Under the pieces are notes generated by a model. That model was not told where the DNA came from, made no database searches, and saw only the letters and a list, made by a program, of their open reading frames with translations. This document shows, piece after piece, positions 44,583 to 52,545 of a DNA stretch of 64,000 nt (positions are counted from its first letter, which is position 1; each line of letters starts with the position of its first letter). Source of the stretch: Myxococcota bacterium (GTDB lineage: Bacteria; Myxococcota; Myxococcia; Myxococcales; Myxococcaceae); contig JBPOIJ010000034.1 of the NCBI GenBank assembly GCA_052034585.1, forward strand, positions 19,797 through 83,796, written 5' to 3'. Both the position numbers and the translations under genes were made by a program.

Positions 44583-46082
44583 TTACTTGGAGATGTTCTC
44601 CTTCAGGATCTGCCCCAAGACGATTCGGTCGGCGACGAGCCAGCGGCCAATCGGCGTCACCGAGCCACCCCGGCTGTACTTTCGAATCGTGTAGTACACG
44701 AGCTGGTACTTCTCGCCGTGCGCCTCCGCGAGGCAGACCTGAAACTCGTCGTACACGCGCGGGTAGGTCGTGACGATGAGGTAGTCGCCCTGCTCGCGGG
44801 TGTCGGTGCTGGTGGTGCTCACGTGCTGGAGCGCCGAGTTGATCACCATTCGCTCCCACGAGGAGTAGCCCGCCGCCTTGATCGCAGTCGTCGCCGTGCT
44901 CATCAGCCCCGAATCGGTCGAGCGCGCTGACGGCATTCGGGTCGCCTCGAGCGCCGCGCGCGCCTGCGAGAGCACCACGTCGACGTGCGCGCGATACTTT
45001 CTCGCGAGGGCGAGGCTCTCGGGGTCCTTCTTGCCCAGCCACTGCTCCCGGTACGTCGCCAGCGCCTCGGCCCCTTCAGCGCCATCTTTCAGGCCTTCGA
45101 TGATGTCCTTGATGACGCGGTGAGGGGCGTTGTTCTCGATCGCCCACTTCCCGCGCCCCATGAGCTGGAAGAACGCTCCCGCGCGCCCGCCGTTCGAGGC
45201 CGGGTTCTCGCTCGCCACGTCGGCCAGACACGAATCGAGCTTGGTGCCGAGGTGCATCGAGAACTCCACCTCGAGCCGCTTGAGCCGCTCGTCACGGGAG
45301 AACGCGGGGTGCTCGGCCTCGAGGTGTTCGAGGTGGGTGACGCCCTTCTCGCGGAGCTTCTGGTACTGCCGCATGTCGCCCAGCCACTCGCCGATGCGCG
45401 CCGGGCTGTAGGGCCGCTTGAGCTTGCAGTCGAAGGTGGGTCCGAACACGGCGGCGAGCTCGTCGAGTTGCTGGCCCACGTCCTTCGCTTCGGCGGCGAA
45501 CGCGGCGGCCTTCTCCTCGGCGGCCTTCTTTCCCGCGGCGACCTTCTCGGCGAGCTTCACCTCGAACTGGTCGATGCTCGCGCGAGCGGCGACGACCTGC
45601 GGGTGCTGCTGATCCCCGACTCGCTCGAGCGCGCTCCGCATCTGCTGCGCGGCACCTTTCAGCGAGATTCGATCGATCGCCGCGATGGGATCGATGGCAG
45701 CGAGCTCCTCCTGATAGCGCTCGGCGACCTTCTGGTACTCCTCGAAGTAGTGCCGATCGATCGACCCCATGGCGACCTCGGCGCCCGCAGCCGGTGCTTC
45801 TCCAGTCGACGCCGCGAGCCCCTTGGCGCGAATGCGGTCGATGAGCGCGGTCGAGCGATCGACCTGTGCCTTCCACGCCGCGTCCCGGTTGCGCAGCTTC
45901 CCGAACTCGGTGCGAACACCGTTCACCTTGAGCACCAGCGAGTTGGCGGTCGCGCGATCCCCCGCTCGAAGGAGCTCGGCTTGCTGCTCGATGGCGTCGA
46001 GCTGGGCCTGCAGCTCGGGAAGCTCGGCCAGCGCGACCGTCGCGGCGAAAGCCATCAGGACGACTGCCAGACGATTGGGCAT
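44583..46082 (-). CDS. secreted protein of unknown function, coiled-coil-rich N-terminal half
   Basis: 499 aa. Signal peptide MPNRLAVVLMAFAATVALA. Coding-like GC3. Ends 6 nt before the dioxygenase ORF. Confidence 0.7.
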   Translation of the reverse strand: MPNRLAVVLMAFAATVALAELPELQAQLDAIEQQAELLRAGDRATANSLVLKVNGVRTEFGKLRNRDAAWKAQVDRSTALIDRIRAKGLAASTGEAPAAGAEVAMGSIDRHYFEEYQKVAERYQEELAAIDPIAAIDRISLKGAAQQMRSALERVGDQQHPQVVAARASIDQFEVKLAEKVAAGKKAAEEKAAAFAAEAKDVGQQLDELAAVFGPTFDCKLKRPYSPARIGEWLGDMRQYQKLREKGVTHLEHLEAEHPAFSRDERLKRLEVEFSMHLGTKLDSCLADVASENPASNGGRAGAFFQLMGRGKWAIENNAPHRVIKDIIEGLKDGAEGAEALATYREQWLGKKDPESLALARKYRAHVDVVLSQARAALEATRMPSARSTDSGLMSTATTAIKAAGYSSWERMVINSALQHVSTTSTDTREQGDYLIVTTYPRVYDEFQVCLAEAHGEKYQLVYYTIRKYSRGGSVTPIGRWLVADRIVLGQILKENISK

Positions 46083-46188
46083 TCGAAGCTCGTGGGTGGA
46101 GAGGAAGAGGAGACGACGCTCGAGGACTTCGCGACGGGACGCGCGATTCTGACACGCAGCCCGAAGGTCCCGGAATCACTTCGGCTCC

Positions 46189-46440
46189 ATGGTGTCCCGC
46201 GGCGATGCGCTCGCGCGTCTTCTCCGGAACGTGAAGACGCTCCCCACTGGCTACAGCTCAAGCCACTTCGCCAGCCGCGAGCTCGCCAGGCAGATCGAGC
46301 GGTTCACCACGCTGACGAGCGCGCCTCCCGTTCGCGGGGCCTTCGGAGCAGCCGATCAGTGGGAGACCGTCGACGCTCGCTCGGCGCCACGAACGAAGAC
46401 GTCGAACGACCACCGCGACCAGCAGGCTCGGCAGCGCTGA
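46189..46440 (+). other. possible 83-aa antisense-oriented ORF or gene remnant
   Basis: High GC3 across the ORF, inside an otherwise unexplained 377-bp gap in a minus-strand operon. No motif recognised. Confidence 0.25.
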
Positions 46441-46459
46441 CTCGCCATCTCCAGGCTCA

Positions 46460-47974
46460 TCAGGCCTGTGCACCCACCTCGGGACCAGCCAGGGCCGGCT
46501 CCTTCTTCCTCGCGGTCTTCACGAAGGCGATGAGCTCCTTCACCTTCACCGCGCCCGAGCCAATCACCAACACCACGTAGACGAGCCCATCGGCGCCGAG
46601 CCGCACGAACGGGTGCACCCGCTCGAGCAGGTACCAATCGAGCGCCGAGACGAGCACGCAGGCCACCACCGTTCTCGCGATGACGCTCAGGCTCCGGGCA
46701 TCGAACGCACGCCGGCCCACCAACGCCGTCATCGCCACCGTCACGACGATCTCCGTCCCCAGCTGCGCGATGGCCGCGCCGATGCCCGCCCCGCCCTGCC
46801 CGAACCAGCGCGTCGACGGCCCGATGAAGATGGCGTTGAGCACCGGGTTCGCGACGAGCCCACCGATGGAGATGAAGGCCTGCGTCCACGCCCGCCCGGT
46901 GAGGATGAGCGCGTTCGACGAGAGGATCGCCACGTAGGTGAGCACGAAGATGCTCGCGAGCACCTTGAGCGAGGTCGCCGCCGGCGCGAAGGCTGGGCCG
47001 TAGAGCAAGGTGATCCACTCCTTCGCGCCCAGCGCCATGAAGAGCGAGGTGGGGAACGCGATGGCGAGCACGAGCTCGAGGCTGCGCCGCATCACCTGGG
47101 TGTACTCCTCGTCGGAGCGGGCCCGCGCGCGCGCGAAGAGCGGCATCAGCACCCAGCCGATCATCGGCGTCACCATCAGCGCGAGGCCGGCGATGAGGCT
47201 CGAGGCGCCGTACCAGCCGACCTCCTCTTCCCCCGCCACCACCGCGAGGATGCTCACGTCGAGCTTGTTGTAGATGGTGTGCGCCGCGAGGTTCACGACC
47301 ATCGGCAGCGAGGCGGCGATGGCCAACCTGGTCGCCTTCACGTCGACCCGCCACGTCATCGCGAGGTGCTTGGTGACGAGCCGGGTGCTGACGACGGTCT
47401 TGAGCCCTTCCGACGCCACCACCGCGAGCGCCACCGTCCACAGCGGCCACTTCATCACCACCGCGAGCAGCGTCCCTCCGCCCCAGACGATCTTCGAGGC
47501 GATGTTGAGGAACGACAGCTCGTTCACCGTGCCTCGCGCGTGGAGCAGCGCGGCCAGGCTCTGGTTGAAGGTGAAGAAGAGCGCCGAGACGCCGTAGAGG
47601 TGCACCACCAGCCACGTCTCGGGCGGCCGGTTCGTCAGCATGAGGAACGCCTGGGTCACCCCGAAGAGGAGCAGCGCGACCAGCATGCGCAGCGCGGTGA
47701 CGCCGCCGTAGAACTCCGAGGCGTGCTGGTAGCGGACCGAGACCTCCTTGCGGATGTAGGTGTCGACGCCGAAGCCCGCGAGCACGAAGAGCGTCGAGGT
47801 GAAGGCGTCGGCGAAGTTCACCACCCCGAAGCCCTGCGGCCCGAGGTAGCGCGGCAGGAGCAGCCGCACTCCGAGCGCGATGCCCCAGGTGACCATCAAG
47901 GAGCCGAACAGCTTCACCGCGTTCTTCGCGGCGAGCTTGGTGTCCTTCTCGGCCGTCGAAGACGCGTCGGACAT
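46460..47974 (-). CDS. wzx: Wzx-type polysaccharide flippase (MOP superfamily)
   Basis: 504 aa with ~12-14 TM segments. N-terminal KNAVKLFGSLMVTWGIALGVRLLLPRYLGPQGFG is typical of the polysaccharide biosynthesis protein family. Confidence 0.9.
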   Translation of the reverse strand: MSDASSTAEKDTKLAAKNAVKLFGSLMVTWGIALGVRLLLPRYLGPQGFGVVNFADAFTSTLFVLAGFGVDTYIRKEVSVRYQHASEFYGGVTALRMLVALLLFGVTQAFLMLTNRPPETWLVVHLYGVSALFFTFNQSLAALLHARGTVNELSFLNIASKIVWGGGTLLAVVMKWPLWTVALAVVASEGLKTVVSTRLVTKHLAMTWRVDVKATRLAIAASLPMVVNLAAHTIYNKLDVSILAVVAGEEEVGWYGASSLIAGLALMVTPMIGWVLMPLFARARARSDEEYTQVMRRSLELVLAIAFPTSLFMALGAKEWITLLYGPAFAPAATSLKVLASIFVLTYVAILSSNALILTGRAWTQAFISIGGLVANPVLNAIFIGPSTRWFGQGGAGIGAAIAQLGTEIVVTVAMTALVGRRAFDARSLSVIARTVVACVLVSALDWYLLERVHPFVRLGADGLVYVVLVIGSGAVKVKELIAFVKTARKKEPALAGPEVGAQA

Positions 47975-48094
47975 GGGAGTGCGCGGGAGGCCTACTCAAG
48001 AACCGAGTCGCTGCCTCTTCCAATCCTCATCGACGAAGAAGGCCCGGCAGACTCGAAGGTCCACCGGGCCCGGGAAGAGTTCACCCTCGGCGCT

Positions 48095-49477
48095 TCAGCT
48101 CGCGCCCCTGCCCGTCAGCACCACCGGGAAGGTCTTCAAGATGAGGCTGATGTCCTTCGTGAAGCTCCAGGTGTCGATGTACTGGAGGTCCATGTACATC
48201 CACTGCTCGAAGGAGATCTCGTTGCGGCCCGAGACCTGCCAGATGCAGGTGAGGCCGGGGCGAACCGAGAGCCGGCGGCGCTGCCAGGACTGATACTTCG
48301 CGACCTCCTGCGGAACGGGCGGGCGCGGGCCCACGACGCTCATGTCACCACGGAGCACGTTGATGAGCTGCGGCAGCTCGTCGATGGAGAACTTCCGGAG
48401 GAAGCGGCCGATGGAGGTGATGCGCGGGTCCCTCTTCATCTTGAAGACCGGCCCGTCCATCTCGTTCTGCTCGGCGAGCTTGGCCTTCAGCTCCTCGGCG
48501 TTCACCACCATCGTGCGGAACTTCAGCATGCGGAACGGGCGGCCGTGCAGCCCGACCCGCGTCTGGCGGAAGAGCACCGGGCCACGCGAGGTGAGCTTGA
48601 TGAGCGCCGCCACCGTGAGCAGCAAGGGCGCGAGCAGCCAGAGCGCGATGCCCGAGGAGAGGATGTCGAAGGCGCGCTTGAAGGCCATCGCCACCGGGCG
48701 CGAGGCGACCGTCTGGTAGTGGAGGTAGCCGTCCTTCACGCCGTGAGTGCCCAAGGGGCGCGCGCGGTCGAAGCGGAACATCGAGGCGGGGAGCGCGAAC
48801 GGAATGCCGAAGGCCTCGCACACCTTGATGGCCTTCTGGGTCTCGGGCGCGTTCGCGACGGAGTTCGAGGCGAAGTACACCTCGGCGACCGGCATCGTGC
48901 GCAGCACCGAGTCGAGGTCGGTGGTGGTGCCCAGCGTCTGGCCCTTGAGCTGCGACGGCGTGGTCTCGTCGGCGTAGCGAACGAAGCCGGCGACCTGCAT
49001 GCGGCCGTTCTTCTTCACCTCGTCAGCGGTCGCCCGGCCGAGCGGCCCGACGCCCACGATGAGCACGTCGTCGATGGGGCCCGACTGGCTCGAGAAGTTG
49101 CGGAAGACGGAGAACCGCATGCCGATGGCGAGCGGCCAGAGGATGAGGAGGAAGACGCCGACGTTCGGCAGCCCTTCCATGCGGAAGATGAGGCTCGCCA
49201 CCGCCAACACCGTGGTGACCGCCAGCACGAGCACCGACGTCATCGCCGCGTCGTCCGGCGCGCTGCGCTCAGACGCCCACGGGTCGTAGTGCCGCAACGA
49301 CATCGCGATGATGAGCCAGGTCAGCAGCGCCGGAATGGCCATGCCGAGCGCGATGGACTCGAAGCCGCCGTGGATCCACGAGGCTGCTGCCAAGGCGATG
49401 AGGACGAGGAGCAGGTCGAGCAGGAAGCTGACCCGCGCCACGAACCCTGCTGCGATTCGCCCGAAAAGTGAGTTCAT
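48095..49477 (-). CDS. polyprenyl-phosphate glycosyl-1-phosphate transferase (WbaP/EpsZ-type PHPT)
   Basis: 460 aa. C-terminal bacterial sugar transferase domain: KRAFDI, LKFRTM, DELPQLINVLRGDMSVVGPRP. Confidence 0.95.
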   Translation of the reverse strand: MNSLFGRIAAGFVARVSFLLDLLLVLIALAAASWIHGGFESIALGMAIPALLTWLIIAMSLRHYDPWASERSAPDDAAMTSVLVLAVTTVLAVASLIFRMEGLPNVGVFLLILWPLAIGMRFSVFRNFSSQSGPIDDVLIVGVGPLGRATADEVKKNGRMQVAGFVRYADETTPSQLKGQTLGTTTDLDSVLRTMPVAEVYFASNSVANAPETQKAIKVCEAFGIPFALPASMFRFDRARPLGTHGVKDGYLHYQTVASRPVAMAFKRAFDILSSGIALWLLAPLLLTVAALIKLTSRGPVLFRQTRVGLHGRPFRMLKFRTMVVNAEELKAKLAEQNEMDGPVFKMKRDPRITSIGRFLRKFSIDELPQLINVLRGDMSVVGPRPPVPQEVAKYQSWQRRRLSVRPGLTCIWQVSGRNEISFEQWMYMDLQYIDTWSFTKDISLILKTFPVVLTGRGAS

Positions 49478-49529
49478 GTGGGATTCTCGCCGAATGACCC
49501 GCGTCAGTTGTCCCCTTTGACTCGAAAGT

Positions 49530-49559
49530 TACATAACGCATCGCGCTAGTCACTGTCAA
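49530..49559 (-). promoter_or_regulatory. candidate sigma-70-type promoter for the PHPT-wzx transcription unit
   Basis: On the minus strand: perfect TTGACA (49559-49554), 18-nt spacer, TATGTA (49535-49530), about 50 nt upstream of ATG 49477. Lies in a visibly AT-richer segment. Confidence 0.4.
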
Positions 49560-49572
49560 GGGTCGACGGGCC

Positions 49573-49586
49573 GTGATTTCAATCAC
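49573..49586. promoter_or_regulatory. 14-bp palindrome GTGATT-TC-AATCAC just upstream of the -35 box
   Basis: Perfect 6-bp inverted arms read directly. A related half-site GTGAAATC occurs about 75 bp away at ~49653. Confidence 0.35.
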
Positions 49587-49590
49587 TTCT

Positions 49591-49633
49591 GAAGAAAAAG
49601 GAGTCCTACAGTGGATCTTTTCTGTTGGGCTCC
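49591..49633 (-). terminator. candidate intrinsic terminator downstream of the PCP-Wzy gene
   Basis: Minus strand: GGAGCCCAACAG, 10-nt loop, CTGTAGGACTCC (12-position stem with 2 mismatches), followed by TTTTTCTTC. Confidence 0.45.
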
Positions 49634-49847
49634 AGGAAAATTGTTCTGCAATCGTGAAATCCGTCTCGACTGTAGAGCCATGATTTTACGACGGTTCAAG
49701 AGAGCGTGAAGTTCCGAAATTGGGGTGGTTTTTCATCGAGAGCGGTGCGAGCCGAAGGACGAACGGAGCGACCGCCGTGGGACACGCCATGCGCGTGATC
49801 ACGCCAGATTCGGGGCCGGAGCCCCAACCAAATGGGCAGTTCGCGGA

Positions 49848-52370
49848 TCAGGCTGCTGATGAGGCGACGCCGGCGGCCTGAGGTCGAGCAAGCGCGCGAG
49901 GCAGCACGCCGTACCACTGCCGATGCCGACTGGCGGCGCGCCCGATGATGGCGACGGCGACCGAGACGAAGAAGACGAACTGCATCGCCTGCGTGCCCAT
50001 GTCTCCGAAGGCCTGGAGCAGATAGGTGATGAGCACCGCGCTCGCGACGAGCAGCCCGATGCGCTCCTCGGTGTCGTCCACCACCTTGATGGCGCGCGCG
50101 AAGAAGAAGCTCGTCACTCCGAGGTAGAGCCAGACGGCGAAGAACCCGAGCAACCCGCCGATCCACAACAGCCAGAGCACCGAGTTGTGGCCGATGTGCC
50201 CGAAGGCCGACTGCGCGAAGTCGTTCGAGGGAATGAACTCGGTGAAGGCGTGGCCGAAGCCCTGGCCGAGCACCATGTCGCGCTCCCAGGACTTGAGGAG
50301 GTTGAAGTTCTCGATGTCGCGCTCGGCGTTCGAGCTCTCCTCCTCGGTCTCGGCGGCAGGCGCGACGATCGACCGGAGCTTGACCACCGGCTTGAAGACG
50401 CCCCCCCGCTGATTCCACCCGACGGCGGTGTAGAGCAACAGCACCGGCACCATCGCCACCACGAACTGGGTGAGCGCGCGCTTCACTCGGTGCATCGGGC
50501 TCATCAGGTAGATGAAGCCCAGCGCCAGCACGATGTCGACGTAGGCGATGCGGCGGTCGTTGAGCCTCAGCGCCATGAAGAGGAACGGCAGCCAGAGCAG
50601 CGCCTCGCCGAGGTGGCGCCACGACGGGCGTTCCCAGATGCGCGCCAGCGCGAGCACCACCCCGATGCTGAACACCATCGTGTCGTTGTGGCCGGTGGTG
50701 TGTGGAGGGTACTCGCCCGCGGGGAAGGCGACCCGGTACATGAACCAGGTGCCGAGGAGCGACTTCACCACGCTCCCCACCACCAGCACCCGGCCCACCA
50801 GCCGCAGGTCCTTCGGGAAGTCGAAGGCGAGCAGCGAGAGCATCGCCACCACCGGCATGAAGAGCAGCGCGCGGACCTGCCAGAGCGCCTCGCGGAAGAC
50901 GCCTCCACGCAAGACGCCCCAGGCGACGAGCCAGCCGATGGTGAGGAAAGACACGAGGAGCGCCGTTCGCAGCGGACGCGGGCCCGGCGTGCCTGGCGCT
51001 TCCATCGCGCTCGAGCGGCCCACGATGCGGCGGAGCAACGTCAGCCCGGTCAGGCCCATCACCGCGAGCTCGAAGCCGGTGAACCAGGCGACGTTGGTGA
51101 AGAAGAGCTTGCCCAGCGACCAGAGCGGCGACCGCCAGAGGTTGTAGTACGGCCGGTCGGTCGGGTCGTCGAGGGTGACCGCGAGCAGCATCAGCCCCAA
51201 CAGCGGCCACTTGAGCGGCAGCTTCCACAACGCCACCAGCCCGAGCACCACCAGGCCGGGCGCCATGCCGAAGAGCGGGTTGCCTCGGCCCACCGCCAAC
51301 GACGCGCCGCTCGCGACGCCGAGGAGCACCATCGGCACCACCGAGCGTGCGGCTTCGCCCACCATCAGGCCCGACCAGTCGCGGCGAATGTGCGCGAGCA
51401 CCGGGAGACCGGTGAGGCGGGTGACCTGCGCCGCGGTGAGGACCCGCCGGCTCAACATCGCTGCGCCGACGCTGCCGCCGACGACCGTCGTCACCGCCAA
51501 CACCGCGAGCGCGACCAGCCACCCGAGCGTCGACGGTCCATCGGGGCGGCGCGGCGGCAAGGGCGGCTTCGTCACCAGCAACCGGAACCGCGCCGACTTC
51601 GCCATCGCCTCGGCGCGCAGGTGGGTGTTGTCGGCCTCGAGCCAGAGCTCCGAGAAGCGCCGCGAGTCGCGCATGAGCTGTTCCTGCACCCCGGCGTAGT
51701 TCGGCCACACGCCGAGCGAGCGCGCGCGCCGTTGTTCGGTCTCGATGAGCTCGAGCCGGGCCTTCATCTCGGCTTCGACGCCGTCACGCTGACCGTCGAG
51801 GGAGCTCGCGGAGGCCTCGAGCGCGTGCACGTCACGCTCGATGCGGAGGTCCTTCAGCGCCGCCACGGTGCCGCTGACGATGGCCACCGCCACCTCGCGC
51901 TCGGGCCAGTCGCAGGCGATGAAGACCTTGTCGCGCTCCACCCAGACCGCGAGGTGCTTGTCCACCATCGCCACCAGCGCGTCGAGGAGGTCGACCTCGC
52001 TCACCGGCCCGCGCAGCGTCTCCATCACCCGGTTCTTGAGCCGAATCGGCCAGGGCCGCGACGACTCCCAGCGGTCCATCAAGCCGGTGCGCTTCACCAA
52101 CGCCACGAGGTGCGCCTTGGAGGTGAGCTCTTCAGGCAATTCCCGGAGGCCCTGCTGGAGCGGCGGCACCGCGTCGAAGGGCGCCGTCAGCCGGTACATC
52201 GTCGTCGGCTCGGAGACGATGACCTCGGCCTGGACTCGCCACACCGGCGGCATCGCCGCGTTCACGAGGAACACCGCGAGGAAGGCCGCCACGACGCTCA
52301 GGGCGCCCGCGAGCCGATGCCTCGACAGGCTCACCCGCAGCAGCTGCCGCACCCACCGCTCGCGTCGCAT
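49848..52370 (-). CDS. fusion protein: N-terminal PCP (Wzz/GumC-like) domain plus C-terminal Wzy/O-antigen-ligase-like polymerase domain
   Basis: 840 aa. Residues ~1-300 show TM1, a coiled-coil periplasmic region, the Pro-rich KPPLPPRRPDGP motif and TM2. The remainder has ~10 TM segments with a Wzy_C-like loop (GQGFGHAF...FGHIGHNSVLWLLWIGGLLG). Confidence 0.85.
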   Translation of the reverse strand: MRRERWVRQLLRVSLSRHRLAGALSVVAAFLAVFLVNAAMPPVWRVQAEVIVSEPTTMYRLTAPFDAVPPLQQGLRELPEELTSKAHLVALVKRTGLMDRWESSRPWPIRLKNRVMETLRGPVSEVDLLDALVAMVDKHLAVWVERDKVFIACDWPEREVAVAIVSGTVAALKDLRIERDVHALEASASSLDGQRDGVEAEMKARLELIETEQRRARSLGVWPNYAGVQEQLMRDSRRFSELWLEADNTHLRAEAMAKSARFRLLVTKPPLPPRRPDGPSTLGWLVALAVLAVTTVVGGSVGAAMLSRRVLTAAQVTRLTGLPVLAHIRRDWSGLMVGEAARSVVPMVLLGVASGASLAVGRGNPLFGMAPGLVVLGLVALWKLPLKWPLLGLMLLAVTLDDPTDRPYYNLWRSPLWSLGKLFFTNVAWFTGFELAVMGLTGLTLLRRIVGRSSAMEAPGTPGPRPLRTALLVSFLTIGWLVAWGVLRGGVFREALWQVRALLFMPVVAMLSLLAFDFPKDLRLVGRVLVVGSVVKSLLGTWFMYRVAFPAGEYPPHTTGHNDTMVFSIGVVLALARIWERPSWRHLGEALLWLPFLFMALRLNDRRIAYVDIVLALGFIYLMSPMHRVKRALTQFVVAMVPVLLLYTAVGWNQRGGVFKPVVKLRSIVAPAAETEEESSNAERDIENFNLLKSWERDMVLGQGFGHAFTEFIPSNDFAQSAFGHIGHNSVLWLLWIGGLLGFFAVWLYLGVTSFFFARAIKVVDDTEERIGLLVASAVLITYLLQAFGDMGTQAMQFVFFVSVAVAIIGRAASRHRQWYGVLPRALARPQAAGVASSAA

Positions 52371-52371
52371 C

Positions 52372-52545
52372 TCAGGTCCCGAGCCGGGGCAGCACCACCC
52401 GCACGAAGAAGGCGTAGGTGACGTGGAGGAGGACGAGCCCCAACAACGCGAACCGCAGCCCTCGCACGGGGTGCCGTTGCCTCGCCGCCAGCACCGGAAT
52501 GCCGATGAGCCCGATGACGATGGAGAGGAGGAGGAGCTTGCTCAC
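52372..52545 (-). CDS. 57-aa two-TM membrane microprotein
   Basis: GTG start forms a GTGA overlap with the GH44 stop. Its own stop lies 1 nt before the PCP-Wzy ATG. Two hydrophobic helices (LLLLSIVIGLIGIPVLA; FALLGLVLLHVTYAFFVRVV). Confidence 0.5.
   Translation of the reverse strand: MSKLLLLSIVIGLIGIPVLAARQRHPVRGLRFALLGLVLLHVTYAFFVRVVLPRLGT

Noticed and set aside
46613-49471. Very long plus-strand ORFs opposite real minus-strand genes: 46613..49471 (952 aa), 49923..52421 (832 aa), 5561..7501 (646 aa), 19175..20854 and 16209..18014. The same pattern runs through the minus-strand ORFs 22..966 and 1832..2941.
   Set aside because: Their translations are Arg/Pro/Gly/His-rich low-complexity strings with no motifs. 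They lie antisense to, or out of frame with, ORFs that have clear family signatures. These are classic high-GC shadow ORFs.
49646-49662. A sigma-54-like element on the minus strand upstream of the PHPT gene (plus-strand TGCAATCGTGAAATCC).
   Set aside because: The GC and CC (GG on the minus strand) are separated by 11 nt rather than the obligatory 10 nt. The -24 region does not resemble TGGCAC.
49611-49709. A 32-aa Cys-rich small ORF (MDLFCWAPGKLFCNREIRLDCRAMILRRFKRA) with a perfect AAGGAG 7 nt upstream.
   Set aside because: Its codons are AT-rich at third positions, unlike every credible gene here. The AAGGAG and GTG are part of the stem of the minus-strand terminator hairpin (49591..49633). 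It is more simply explained as regulatory DNA.
49848-52370. I searched for an exosortase (EpsH/XrtA) and PEP-CTERM or MYXO-CTERM cargo, because the hydrolase pair, ligase/ACP/AsnB, FemAB-like, deacetylase and PCP genes recall exosortase loci.
   Set aside because: The only large polytopic candidate has a Wzy/O-antigen-ligase-type loop, not exosortase motifs. None of the secreted proteins ends in PEP-TM-Arg or a Cys-containing MYXO-CTERM-like tail. An exosortase system cannot be claimed from this window.
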